NCBI GenBank assembly: GCA_963729625.1
Contig: CAVSOU010000010.1
Location: 1,280,001 to 1,344,000 of the forward strand
Reading direction: 5' to 3'
DNA from: an uncultured bacterium
GTDB taxonomy: Bacteria; Chloroflexota; UBA5177; JANWHV01
DNA: 64,000 nucleotides
Shown piece by piece: positions 1 to 9,973 of this stretch. The position numbers were made by a program, and so were the translations under genes. The notes under the pieces were generated by a model, which was not told where the DNA came from, ran no database searches, and saw nothing but the letters and a program-made list of their open reading frames with translations. Each line of letters starts with the position of its first letter. Positions within the stretch are counted from its first letter, which is position 1.

Positions 1-142
1 GGCGGGCCCGCCCAGCGGTGGTCAGCTCAGTCTCAGCAATCCCGCCGGGACCGACCGGGTAGTGGCCGGTGTCAACACCAATGACCTGGGATTCGTGCGA
101 GCCGATGGACCGACAGGCTTCAACATCATCACAGGAAAGTAA
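1..142 (+). CDS. 3' end of a beta-strand-repeat hypothetical protein, paralogue of the downstream 213-1118 gene (truncated by window start)
   Basis: Not in the ORF track. Frame 2 reads GGQLSLSNPAGTDRVVAGVNTNDLGFVRADGPTGFNIITGK* (TAA 140-142), which aligns by eye with the C-terminus of the next gene, GGYIGVTNRAGIARVEAGTLPDTDQGIVKTFGPGGFDYIRGRK*. Confidence 0.75.
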   Translation, partial: AGPPSGGQLSLSNPAGTDRVVAGVNTNDLGFVRADGPTGFNIITGK

Positions 143-212
143 GAGCGGTCCGCTTCACCACCGATCGCCCCCCGTTGAGAGAACGACCAGCACACGGAAG
201 GAAAGCAAGGAC

Positions 213-1118
213 ATGGATGACCATCGGTTCGCGCACCTGGAGACCAGGCTTGCACAAGTGGAAAGGGAGCTTGACGAGGCACGTCACCAGGTGGACGAAC
301 TGCAACAATCGGAGCAGAGGCTACTGCAGGTTGAGACGGGGCTGGCCGCGTCTGACCGCCTGATTGACGACCTAAAACATGGTACTACCCGCTCTCGCTT
401 CCTTGGGCGCGTTTCCACCGCCCTGACCGCGTGCGGCCTGACGGCAGTCCTTGCACTTACCGTGGGACCAGCCACGGCGGCACCGGGGCCACAACAGCTA
501 ACTGTGAAAACTCCGTTTGAAGTCCAGAATACAGCAGGGCGGGTCATCTTCCGCGTGGCCGAGCAAACCGGCGAGGGTTCGGGCGTTGTGACGGTAAGCG
601 GCAATGACGGCAAAGCACTGGTGGCCCTGCAGCCAAATGAAAGCGGCGGTAGCGGTGAAGTGGTCGTAAGGGGTGTCAAGCCGGGGCAGGTGGCGAGGCT
701 GAGCAGCTCAGGCGGAGACCTCTCGCTCCGTTTCTACAACGGCGCGAACTTGCTGGCCGGCATCGGCAGTTATGACGGGAGCGGCGTACTCCAGGTGAAC
801 AGCAAAGCCGGCAAACTGATGGCCAAGATGGGCAACAATGGTACCAGTGGCACCGTTGGCATCTACAATGCCGATGGCAGGACCAAAGGTCTGTTAGGCA
901 CAGACCCCAAGAGCGGAGACGCCGAGTTCGACCTGTTCTATGCCGACGGTACCACGCCGGCCGTCCAGCTCTCGGAAGTGGCAGTGGGCGGCTATATCGG
1001 GGTGACCAATCGCGCCGGCATTGCGCGAGTCGAGGCCGGTACACTCCCTGACACCGACCAGGGCATTGTCAAGACCTTTGGACCGGGCGGCTTCGACTAC
1101 ATCAGAGGGCGCAAGTAG
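213..1118 (+). CDS. Hypothetical protein (~301 aa): N-terminal coiled coil, internal hydrophobic/signal-like segment, Gly-rich beta-strand repeats
   Basis: ATG 213 follows AAGGA. Heptad pattern LETRLAQVERELDEARHQVDELQQ, then TRSRFLGRVSTALTACGLTAVLALTVGPATAA, then repeated units such as GVLQVNSKAGKLMAKMG and GTVGIYNADGRTKGLLG. Confidence 0.75.
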   Translation: MDDHRFAHLETRLAQVERELDEARHQVDELQQSEQRLLQVETGLAASDRLIDDLKHGTTRSRFLGRVSTALTACGLTAVLALTVGPATAAPGPQQLTVKTPFEVQNTAGRVIFRVAEQTGEGSGVVTVSGNDGKALVALQPNESGGSGEVVVRGVKPGQVARLSSSGGDLSLRFYNGANLLAGIGSYDGSGVLQVNSKAGKLMAKMGNNGTSGTVGIYNADGRTKGLLGTDPKSGDAEFDLFYADGTTPAVQLSEVAVGGYIGVTNRAGIARVEAGTLPDTDQGIVKTFGPGGFDYIRGRK

Positions 1119-1222
1119 CCCGTCTGTCTGGCAATGGAGACACGGTGCTAGTAGACACGTCGATTCCTCCCGCCGGACTCGCGTTCATGACTGTGTAGAG
1201 TCACCGCATAACCCTTACCCCA

Positions 1223-4200
1223 ATGGGGAAACCGAATAGGCCGGCGCGTGCCGGCGAAAGGACAGCTTTGATGCCCAGATTGGCCATCAACCTGGAAGCG
1301 CTGCGCGCGACGGCCACGCGGAACCCGTCCGGCGATCGGCTGTCCTGGTCCGAACAGACGCCGTCGCGGCGGCGGGTCCTGGGCATGGCTGGAGCAGCGG
1401 GTTTGGGCGCGGCGCCGATGGCGCGCCTCGTGCGGGCGCTCTCACTGGGCGACGTTGAACTGGTAGAGGGACCTGGCCGCATCGCCTTTCGGCTGGGGGG
1501 ACTCGATCTCTGGGTGATCGACGTGCGATGGTTTGCCGGATCGCCGTCGCTGCGCGTGATGCACGGACAGAACCAAGTGCACATCACGCTCCGCGGCGCG
1601 CGACTTGCCGGCACGCCGCTGCCGGCGGACCTGACCTGCGATCTGCGCCGCGCACTGGCCGGTTGGCGAATCGCGATCTCGCTGGGGCTGGGAGGATTCA
1701 GCGCCGAGGGAGCGCTGGAGCCGTGGCTGCGCGGCCAGGGGCCACTGCGAGGCGCGGCACGGCTTGACGCAGAGTTTCCCTTGCAAGCTGGAGCCTCGCT
1801 GGCGCTCCACGGCGTGGCCGCCGCCTCGTTCTCGCCCTCCTGGGAGCTGCGCCTTGACGCACAAAACGTCGTGGTACTCCACGATGCGGGCGCCGGCCCA
1901 CTGGCCGCCGACACCGCGATCCTGCAGCCGCTCCCGGCCGAAGCCCCAAGTCTGCTGCGCGACCCTGCCGCCAGACGTACCGCGCTCTCGCTGCGACGGG
2001 GAACCCACCCCTGGACGCTGGCGCCGAACCTTCGCCTTCCCGCGGGCGCCCGCCTGCTGCATGGGCCGGCAACCTTTGACGCGCTCAGCCTGGAGTGTGG
2101 AGAGGCCAGGACCGGAATAGCAAGGTACGCGCTCGCCGTCACCAGCGCGGCCGGCGCCGACCTTGCCTATCAGCCGCACAACGCGTTGACCGGCAGCGAC
2201 GGCGCGCCCTTCACCCTCCCTCTGAGCGCGGCATCGTATGTCCTGGTGCTGGCGCCGTATGGACGGCAAGAAGCCCTGCTGGCACGGCTGCGCGAGGAAC
2301 CAGTGCGATTGGTCTTGGGCGGACACACGCTGGACCTTGTCGACACGGCGGATGCGCCGGCGCTTGAGCTCGCCAGCACAGCGCCGCCACGGCTATCGGC
2401 TGCCGTGGCAAGCGCGCAGCTGTCGCTGCGCGGTGCGCTGGTAGAACCGTTGGCACCGCCGCCACATGCCCGGCTGGCCATCACTGGCCCTGGGCTGGCC
2501 GACACAACGGCCGGCGCCTGGGCAGTGCTGCGGCTGGGTGCCCCTCAGCTTTCAATCAGCAACCCCTCGTTCAACATCGTGCGCCCCGACGATCTGTTGG
2601 TGCTGACATTCGAGTGTCTGGACTTCGTGCTGCAGATCGACGCCAGCGGCGCGGGTGCGTTGGTGCCTGCGAGCGGCGCGGCCAACCCCACGCTGATCGT
2701 ACGCTTCCCGCCGCAGCACATCCAGGAGCAGGCGTTCTTCCGCCGGGTGACCAGCTACCCGGTGCCCAAAGGCGATTCCGATGCGTCGACAGGCCAGGAG
2801 ACGCCTCGGCAGCCGGCTAAGGCCTACCTCGCGGAGGAGAGCAGGCTGGTCTTCGGGCTGGGCCCGGGAATGACGTCGATTCCGTTCACCCTGGAGTCGC
2901 TGCTGGACTGGCAGCAATTCACGCCGCTCCTGACCGGCACCGCCCGGCCGCCGGTCCATGTGCGGCGTCGTGTTTCGATCACGCATGCCGGCAGCAGCAC
3001 GGGCATTTCCCAGACAACGGCCTCGGCGCTGGCGGTCGGCCCGCTGGCGCAGATCCTCAGGCAGCAGCTCCTGCACCCGGCACCCTCGCAGCCCGGGGCA
3101 CGCGAGACGGCAATTGAAGCTCCCTGGCGCCTGATCATGTCGCCGGTGCCGTCCGGCGTCTGGCTGCATTCATTCTCGCCGGTGACCGACCACGGCCGCA
3201 CCGAGCTCTGGCACACCCGCCTGGGGGTCAAGCTCGCCCCGGCGCAGCCCGCGGACCCGCCGTCATTGGTCGATCTACACTATGTCTATCAGCCGCAGGG
3301 TACGGGCCTGGACCGCAAATACGTGGTCACCGGCGAGATCCTCTCGCAGGGCCGGCCGGTCGACGCTTACGGCGCGGATGCGCCGGTGCCCGACCGCGTG
3401 GTACGGGCGGTGTGGTCGCGCGACTACCAGACCGGTAAGGTCGATGCGCCGGCGAACCCGAGTTTCCGTGCATCGCTCAACGCCAACGACCGCTACCAAA
3501 TCGTGCGCCTGAGCGCCGACTTCTCGCACGAGGCATTGAAGCAGCAGCCGTATCAGCCCCCTGCCATCGCCGCGAACCGCCTGATGCTCAGCGGCCTGGG
3601 TGCGTGGCTGGACCTGCGCGGTTCCTTCAGCCCCTCCGCGCTCAGTCTCTCGGTGGAGGAATGGGTGCACCGCGGCGCCATGGGGCGCGATGCCTACGTA
3701 CGGGTGGTCTATCAAGGGTATCTGTTCCCCTTCGGCCATCGCGCCTCGCTGGTCAAGGTGACGGAGCGCAAGTTCTTCGTGGAAAGCGGCAAGAACGTCG
3801 CCTACCTTCTTCAGCGCATGTTCATCGTGGTCCGCGAGCCGATCAAGCAGTTCCGCGTTTCCGGTCAGGTCGACGACCAGCAGAACTCCGTCGATCGCCA
3901 GATGCCGTTCAGCCAGGTGCGCAGCACCACGATCACCACGCCGGATCTGGATATCCCGCAGGGCATCCTCGCCGGCCAGCCCCATGAGAATGCGTTCGTG
4001 CCGCGCGTGGCCGGGAGCGACTTCCTGTTTCACCTCGCCAGCGCCGACGTGACCGGCCAGACCGTTGAGTTCACGGCGCCGATGGCCTTCGTCACTGCCA
4101 ATAACGACCTTGCATTCAATGCGGTCGCCATGGACAGCGTGCGCGCGTACATGCTCGGCGATGTATCAAAGGGACTGCCACCGCGCACGACCTATCAGAC

Positions 4201-5935
4201 GTCCGGGCAGAACGTCGCCTTTGCCGAGAGCGCTGCTTCCGGCGACACGACGCTGCATGCCATGGACGTCACGTTCTCCACCTTCAAGCCGAAGACCTCG
4301 GTGCTGGAGCTCAAGAGGTTTGACCAGCCGGCGTTCTATCCGGTGCTGGCACGGGCGTCGGTGAAGATCCCCGTGCTGGAGGCTCTGCTTCGCACGGGCC
4401 AGGTACCGCAGGTCAAGGTAAGCGGCTTCTATCTCAAGTATGGTTTCGGCGACCCCCGCAACGTAGGGGAGATCTACCTGGAGATGGTCGATGCCAACGC
4501 CAGCCGAGTCTCCTTCTCCGGCTCGGGCTCGGGCCCGGAGGGGAGCCTGGGCGTGATCTCACCCACGTACAACATCGCGGGTATGTCGCGCAAGCAAGGT
4601 CCGGTCGGCAACCCGCTCGACCAGATTGCTGCCGGCTCTTTCAGCGACACGAGCAAGACGTTCTATAACCAGTTCTTCGATCCTTCGCAGGCCAAGATCC
4701 TCGGCGGCCTCAGTCTCGGGGACGTGGCGCACAAGCCGACCAACCCCTCGGACCTACCGATGTTGCTGCAAGGCAATGACCACGAGAATCCGAACGATGT
4801 CGATAGCCCGCTCACGCACAAAACCTACAGTCTCAGCTGGAAGCCGAAGGTGCAAAGCTTCGGACCATACAAGCCCGATACCGGCGATATCGACGCCTCG
4901 AAGAACGGCGCCCTGTCGGTGATTGCCTCCTCCGAACGGGACTACACCGGCAAGCCAGGCAGCTATAAGGTCGAGGGCAAGCTGACCAATTTCGCGCTGG
5001 ACCTGTTCGAGGTGATAGTCACGCACTTCGACGAATTCAGTTTTACCTACGGCGCCGACGGCAAGCTGGGTGTCAAGCCGAAGGGGATCAAGGTTGAATT
5101 CGGTGGACCGCTCTCCTTCGTGAACGACCTGAAGAAAGTCATCCCGGGTGGCGGCGATTCCGGCTCCTCCGGCTCGGCGAGTAGCAGCAGCGCGGCATCC
5201 GGCGGTTCCTCATCGGCACCACCTGCTCCCGCCGCCAGCAGTGGGCCTGACATCGGTGGCCCGTTCGTCGATCCGTCGCTGGATCACGTGGATGCCGGCT
5301 TTCGGATCCACCTGCCGTCTCTCTCGGTTGGCCTCTTTGCCCTCACCAATATCAAGTTCGGGATGGTCTTTACCGTCCCATACTTCGGCGACCCGGTTAC
5401 CGCGGCCATTACCTTTGGCTCTCGCAGCGAGCCGTGCCACCTCGAGATCAGTCTCTTCACCGGCGGGTTGTTCTTCGGCATCACGGTGGGAATGGATGGC
5501 GTGCACAGCCTGGAGGCGGCGATCGAGTTTGGGGCGAGCGCCTCGCTCGACTTCGGGATCGCCAGCGGGACGGTCTATGCCATGGCCGGCATCTATTTCA
5601 AGTTCACGCCGGCCAAGCCGGCAACGGCGACCACGCCGGCCATCCCGGATGTCGCCAGCTTGACGGGTTACTTCCGCGCCGGCGGCGCCGTCGAAGTGCT
5701 GGGGATCGCCTCGGTCTCCATCGAGCTCTACCTCGGCCTGACCTATGAGAACAGGGGCGGCCATGGCGTGGCCTATGGGCAGGCGACGCTTACCCTGGAG
5801 GTCAGCGTCCTCTTCTTCAGCAAGTCCTTCAGCGTCAGCGTGGAACGCGAGATTGCCGGATCGGATCCGCACTTTATCGACCAGATCAGCCACGGCGATT
5901 GGGACGAATACCAGGCGGCGTTCGCCACGGCATGA
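1223..5935 (+). CDS. Giant hypothetical protein (1570 aa) with twin-arginine-like leader and amphipathic beta-rich C-terminus
   Basis: Long ORF with high-GC third positions. SRRRVLGMAGAAGLGAA near the N-terminus. C-terminal alternating strands (LEAAIEFGASASLDFG, LTGYFRAGGAVEVLG, AYGQATLTLEVSVLFFSKSFSVSV). Start uncertain (1223 or 1271). Confidence 0.85.
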   Translation: MGKPNRPARAGERTALMPRLAINLEALRATATRNPSGDRLSWSEQTPSRRRVLGMAGAAGLGAAPMARLVRALSLGDVELVEGPGRIAFRLGGLDLWVIDVRWFAGSPSLRVMHGQNQVHITLRGARLAGTPLPADLTCDLRRALAGWRIAISLGLGGFSAEGALEPWLRGQGPLRGAARLDAEFPLQAGASLALHGVAAASFSPSWELRLDAQNVVVLHDAGAGPLAADTAILQPLPAEAPSLLRDPAARRTALSLRRGTHPWTLAPNLRLPAGARLLHGPATFDALSLECGEARTGIARYALAVTSAAGADLAYQPHNALTGSDGAPFTLPLSAASYVLVLAPYGRQEALLARLREEPVRLVLGGHTLDLVDTADAPALELASTAPPRLSAAVASAQLSLRGALVEPLAPPPHARLAITGPGLADTTAGAWAVLRLGAPQLSISNPSFNIVRPDDLLVLTFECLDFVLQIDASGAGALVPASGAANPTLIVRFPPQHIQEQAFFRRVTSYPVPKGDSDASTGQETPRQPAKAYLAEESRLVFGLGPGMTSIPFTLESLLDWQQFTPLLTGTARPPVHVRRRVSITHAGSSTGISQTTASALAVGPLAQILRQQLLHPAPSQPGARETAIEAPWRLIMSPVPSGVWLHSFSPVTDHGRTELWHTRLGVKLAPAQPADPPSLVDLHYVYQPQGTGLDRKYVVTGEILSQGRPVDAYGADAPVPDRVVRAVWSRDYQTGKVDAPANPSFRASLNANDRYQIVRLSADFSHEALKQQPYQPPAIAANRLMLSGLGAWLDLRGSFSPSALSLSVEEWVHRGAMGRDAYVRVVYQGYLFPFGHRASLVKVTERKFFVESGKNVAYLLQRMFIVVREPIKQFRVSGQVDDQQNSVDRQMPFSQVRSTTITTPDLDIPQGILAGQPHENAFVPRVAGSDFLFHLASADVTGQTVEFTAPMAFVTANNDLAFNAVAMDSVRAYMLGDVSKGLPPRTTYQTSGQNVAFAESAASGDTTLHAMDVTFSTFKPKTSVLELKRFDQPAFYPVLARASVKIPVLEALLRTGQVPQVKVSGFYLKYGFGDPRNVGEIYLEMVDANASRVSFSGSGSGPEGSLGVISPTYNIAGMSRKQGPVGNPLDQIAAGSFSDTSKTFYNQFFDPSQAKILGGLSLGDVAHKPTNPSDLPMLLQGNDHENPNDVDSPLTHKTYSLSWKPKVQSFGPYKPDTGDIDASKNGALSVIASSERDYTGKPGSYKVEGKLTNFALDLFEVIVTHFDEFSFTYGADGKLGVKPKGIKVEFGGPLSFVNDLKKVIPGGGDSGSSGSASSSSAASGGSSSAPPAPAASSGPDIGGPFVDPSLDHVDAGFRIHLPSLSVGLFALTNIKFGMVFTVPYFGDPVTAAITFGSRSEPCHLEISLFTGGLFFGITVGMDGVHSLEAAIEFGASASLDFGIASGTVYAMAGIYFKFTPAKPATATTPAIPDVASLTGYFRAGGAVEVLGIASVSIELYLGLTYENRGGHGVAYGQATLTLEVSVLFFSKSFSVSVEREIAGSDPHFIDQISHGDWDEYQAAFATA

Positions 5936-5947
5936 AGGAGATTGCAT

Positions 5948-8900
5948 ATGTCTGAGCAGATCATCTGGACCGCGTTGCCCCACGGCATCGCCAATGGCCG
6001 CCTGCGGCTCTCGATACTGATCTCGCCGCGCCTCTCAGGCGCCGGCACGCTGACGCTGAACGATTTCCCGCATTTTCAAGACTGGCCGGCAGTCGTGCGC
6101 GGGCTGAGCTTCACGGCAGCGTTTGACGGCGGGCCGGCGCTCGCCGCGACGCCGCTGTTCCGCGGACCGCATCCATTCAATGCAGCCAGACCGGACTCCT
6201 CCCTCTGGAAAGCGATCTTTCCACACACGACAACCGTGACCTCCTACGCGTTCGACGATTACTCACAACAACTGATTCGCTCCGTGCCGATCGGCAGAAT
6301 CCATGACGACCTCAAGGGACGGTATCTCCAGGTTGCCCATGCTGTCGCGGACGCTCCGCACCTGTTGCCGGATTCAACACAGGTGCTGACGCACTTCGCG
6401 GAGGTCGTGCCGGGGGCGACGCGCCTGCTCGCCTATTCACGCATCCTCAAGCAACAGTCGGCCGTCAGGCAGCTGCTGATCGAGTCCAAACAGGCTGTGG
6501 TCAATCAGATCGACGACACCCTCAAGCAGCAGCGTGCACTGAAGCCCAATCAGCAAGTGGGCGGCATCGCCGGAGACTACCAGCAAATCGAGATCTTTCA
6601 TCAGCCACGCCAAGCAAGGAATCGCGTCGCCAACGCGGCGTCACCATACGTCCGCCAGCCATTGCCAACTGCTGCCGACTACCACGATCAGATCGACTTC
6701 CATCACATCGTGTCCATGCTCGGCAACTATCCGCAGCTGGCCACCCGGCTCGGACTGGTGATCGATCTGGAAGTGCCGCTTGACGCATCAATCCCGCGCA
6801 ACGGTGCAGTCCAGGTGATCAGCTCGACGTTCGGCGCACCTCCCAACGTGCACCCGCGAACACAGTACCTCCTCGACGACGTTCGTTTCGAGCCCCAACC
6901 TAGGCCCAGCGATCCACTCCTGGCGCACGGCATGCTGCAACTGTCCGCGCAGCGGGGTCTCTTCGACGTCGTACAGGTGGACGTGCACGGCGCGGCGGAA
7001 AAGGCGACGGCGATGGTCGCCAATCTGGCCTATTCGCACTCGCGAAAGGCCGGATTCGACGGCATTCCGCCGTTCCGCTCGGCGGGCCTCTCGCTCGTGC
7101 ATTCGGGTCGCGCTGCCGAGTTGGCCACGATCTTCCTCAAGGCAGCCCAGCGTCACCAGGACGCGCAGGCTAACACGCCGGTAGACCTCTACGCCGAGGA
7201 CCTGATCCGCGGCTATGTGATCGATGTGCACGATTCACAGACCGATGCCTGGCATTCGCTCTGCCAGCGGCGCGGCGACTACCACTTTGAGCGTGCGGGC
7301 GAGACGGTCACGTTGGAGGATGAAGGCGCCGTCACGCTTGCCGTCACCAGCGATTCGAGCGGCTCCTCGACCGACCTGTTTCTGCAGGAAACCATGTTTC
7401 AGTGGCAGGGCTGGAGCCTGGTGGCGCCTCGGCCCGGCAAGGCGATCGCCGCCAACGCCGATCCTGCCAACCCCAAGAGCATCACCACCACCGTGACCAA
7501 TACCTCCGCCACGCAGGCAGAGCTGTCCATCTCCTTCAAAGCACTGCCGGGCAGCCTGCCGCGCCTTCGCTTCGGCCTGCGATACGAGGTGCGAGCGCGC
7601 GCCATGGATCTCGCCGGGTACACAACCGACCCATCGTCGTCCGACGCGCGGGCCCCCGGCGCCATATCCGTCGAGCGACCCTACCTGCGTTGGGAGCCGG
7701 TAGTCTCGCCGGCGGTGGTCCTGCGCCATGCGCTCAGCGGCTCTCCGGCGGAAACGGCCAGCAGGCTCGTGATCCGGAGCGATGCAGGCAAGAGCGTCGA
7801 ACACTACTATGCCGAGATGAAGATCGGCAACCGCTATGCTGAGCGCCATATCGTGGCCCCGAGAGCAGGCCAGCTGCTGGCCGAGCAGCACGGCATGTTC
7901 GACGTGCCGCCGCCAGCCGGCAAGAACTGGTTCGAGATCATCGCCTCGCGCGACGTGAGCTTCGAAACGGCGGCCGATGGGATCAATGCGGCGCACTACG
8001 ACTCAGATCAAATCGCCACGCCCTATCTGCCGGACCCACTCGCCTCGGGCGCGGCCTTCCGGGATCTGCCGGGTACCACGCATGACAAACCGATTACCAC
8101 GGCCGATTTCTCCGGCGTTTGGCCCAACCATCGGCCCTTCCGCCTCAAGATCACCGGCGTTGCCGAGCACACGCCGCCAGCGCCACCACACTGGGACGCC
8201 GGCAAGCGCGTGCTGACCGTGCAGTTACCACAGGCGGCGATGCTGGACGTGAGTCTCAGCTGCACGCTCGACCTGCCGGCCCTGGATCTGCTCGGTATCT
8301 GGTCCTGGCTCGGTGAGACCAGGCTGGCCGGGCTCTGGCAGCAAGCAGCACTCGACGGGCAGGTCTGGATGGCCACGCCATTCACCACGCTGACGTTGGT
8401 TCACGCGGTACAACATCCCCTGATCATTCCGGAATTCACCAGCGCTTTCGCCGCTCAAAGGCGGTTGGGCGGCACCTCGGCAGTGCTGGTCGACCCCAAG
8501 ATGCCTATCGACGGCCCAAGCACGGTCAGCATGAACGTGTTCGGCCAGTGGTATGAACCGTTCGATGACCCCGCGCAGCCTGCTCCGCAGGTGCGTGCCG
8601 CACACGGTGCCGTATGCCATCTGTCGCTTCAGCCCGACGACACGACGGCACCGCTCAATCCCGCGGGTAGCGGCGAAAACCCGGCCAAGCTCCTGAATAC
8701 GCATCAGCTCGGCGACACGCGGCATCGCCGGGTGGCCTACACCGCCTCGGCCACCTCGCGCTTCCGCGAATACTTCCCATTCAGCGACGCGCAGATCGCT
8801 GCCGACCCGGCGCTGATCACCGTCACCGGAACGCCGGGCACCCTCCAGGAGCCCGATCCGCAACGTCCTGCCGCGCCACCCAGCGGGGCGCTCTCTGCTG

Positions 8901-9895
8901 GCGTGGTGGAGGTGCCGAGCACGGCACGGCCCGACATCCCGAAGGTGCTCTATGTGGTGCCCACCTTTGGCTGGGATGCCTCCGCCGGAGCTGCGAGCAT
9001 CCAGAGCGTGAGGCGTGGCGGCAGCCTGCGCGTCTACCTGGAGCGGCCCTGGTTCTCCTCGGGCGAGGACGAACTCCTCGGCGTGGTATTCTCCGCCGCG
9101 CGCGGTTTGCGCGGTACGATCCTTCGCGGATCGCAGCCGGACCCAGCCTTCTGCACCGAGTGGGGCCTGGATCCCATCCATCTCTCGGCCGATCTCCCCG
9201 CTGCCTACGCCCCTTCGCTCGGCGCGTTTACCAGTGCCGTGCGCACGCAGACAGGCCTGTCGCTGGATGAAGCCCCGAAGCGCAATGCCAGCGTGGCCGG
9301 CCATCTGGTTGCCTTCGACTCGGACCGACGTCTCTGGTACGCGGACATTACCATCGCGGCCGGGCAAGCCTACTTCCCGTTTGTCCGCCTGGCCCTGGCC
9401 CGCTACCAGCCGTTCTCGGTCGATGGCGCGCATCTCTCCCGCTTGGTGCTGGCCGACTTCATGCAGCTCACGCCGGATCGAACGGCCACCGTGACCTTCG
9501 ACCCAGGGCGGCCGGGCGCACTGCAGATCGCCGTCTCCGGACCGGTTCCTTTCAGCAGCACGAACGTCGTGGTCGCCGGCATCGAGCAGCAAGCTGGGGA
9601 CGCGCCGGATCCGGACCTGGGTTGGGCTACCGCGACAGGTCAAGGAGCAGTCGTCACGCTGCGCCTGCAGCAGGGCGGCCCGATCCGCACAAGGCGGCGC
9701 GGCGCAATCGGCACCTGGAGCGGCTCCCTGCAGGCCCCGACTGCCGGAGGTCGCCTGCGGTTGGTGCTGCGCGAATACGAGAATTATGCAGGGGACGTGC
9801 CGCTTTCGAGCCAGCTGGCGAAGCGCGTCGTCCCGAGCAGTCAGGTCGCCGGCCGGCTGGTCTATGCCGCCGTGATCGATCTGCTCCAGCCGTAG
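5948..9895 (+). CDS. Giant hypothetical protein (~1315 aa), no obvious signal peptide
   Basis: AAGGAG at 5935-5940 overlaps the previous stop and ATG is at 5948. Long clean ORF rich in Trp/Pro/Arg motifs (WQGWSLVAPRPG, LRVYLERPWFSSG, PFVRLALARYQP). Confidence 0.85.
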   Translation: MSEQIIWTALPHGIANGRLRLSILISPRLSGAGTLTLNDFPHFQDWPAVVRGLSFTAAFDGGPALAATPLFRGPHPFNAARPDSSLWKAIFPHTTTVTSYAFDDYSQQLIRSVPIGRIHDDLKGRYLQVAHAVADAPHLLPDSTQVLTHFAEVVPGATRLLAYSRILKQQSAVRQLLIESKQAVVNQIDDTLKQQRALKPNQQVGGIAGDYQQIEIFHQPRQARNRVANAASPYVRQPLPTAADYHDQIDFHHIVSMLGNYPQLATRLGLVIDLEVPLDASIPRNGAVQVISSTFGAPPNVHPRTQYLLDDVRFEPQPRPSDPLLAHGMLQLSAQRGLFDVVQVDVHGAAEKATAMVANLAYSHSRKAGFDGIPPFRSAGLSLVHSGRAAELATIFLKAAQRHQDAQANTPVDLYAEDLIRGYVIDVHDSQTDAWHSLCQRRGDYHFERAGETVTLEDEGAVTLAVTSDSSGSSTDLFLQETMFQWQGWSLVAPRPGKAIAANADPANPKSITTTVTNTSATQAELSISFKALPGSLPRLRFGLRYEVRARAMDLAGYTTDPSSSDARAPGAISVERPYLRWEPVVSPAVVLRHALSGSPAETASRLVIRSDAGKSVEHYYAEMKIGNRYAERHIVAPRAGQLLAEQHGMFDVPPPAGKNWFEIIASRDVSFETAADGINAAHYDSDQIATPYLPDPLASGAAFRDLPGTTHDKPITTADFSGVWPNHRPFRLKITGVAEHTPPAPPHWDAGKRVLTVQLPQAAMLDVSLSCTLDLPALDLLGIWSWLGETRLAGLWQQAALDGQVWMATPFTTLTLVHAVQHPLIIPEFTSAFAAQRRLGGTSAVLVDPKMPIDGPSTVSMNVFGQWYEPFDDPAQPAPQVRAAHGAVCHLSLQPDDTTAPLNPAGSGENPAKLLNTHQLGDTRHRRVAYTASATSRFREYFPFSDAQIAADPALITVTGTPGTLQEPDPQRPAAPPSGALSAGVVEVPSTARPDIPKVLYVVPTFGWDASAGAASIQSVRRGGSLRVYLERPWFSSGEDELLGVVFSAARGLRGTILRGSQPDPAFCTEWGLDPIHLSADLPAAYAPSLGAFTSAVRTQTGLSLDEAPKRNASVAGHLVAFDSDRRLWYADITIAAGQAYFPFVRLALARYQPFSVDGAHLSRLVLADFMQLTPDRTATVTFDPGRPGALQIAVSGPVPFSSTNVVVAGIEQQAGDAPDPDLGWATATGQGAVVTLRLQQGGPIRTRRRGAIGTWSGSLQAPTAGGRLRLVLREYENYAGDVPLSSQLAKRVVPSSQVAGRLVYAAVIDLLQP

Positions 9896-9973
9896 GAGAA
9901 ACCACCATGGTTCACAGGCAGAGAGAGTTTGAGGTCAGCGCCGACGTAAGCCGGCAGTTCAGGGAGGTACGGC

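Noticed and set aside
1223-9895. Assignment as eCIS/T6SS, Tc toxin or prophage
   Set aside because: No recognisable sheath, tube, baseplate, Rhs/YD, terminase or capsid motifs in the window, so the locus is left unassigned.
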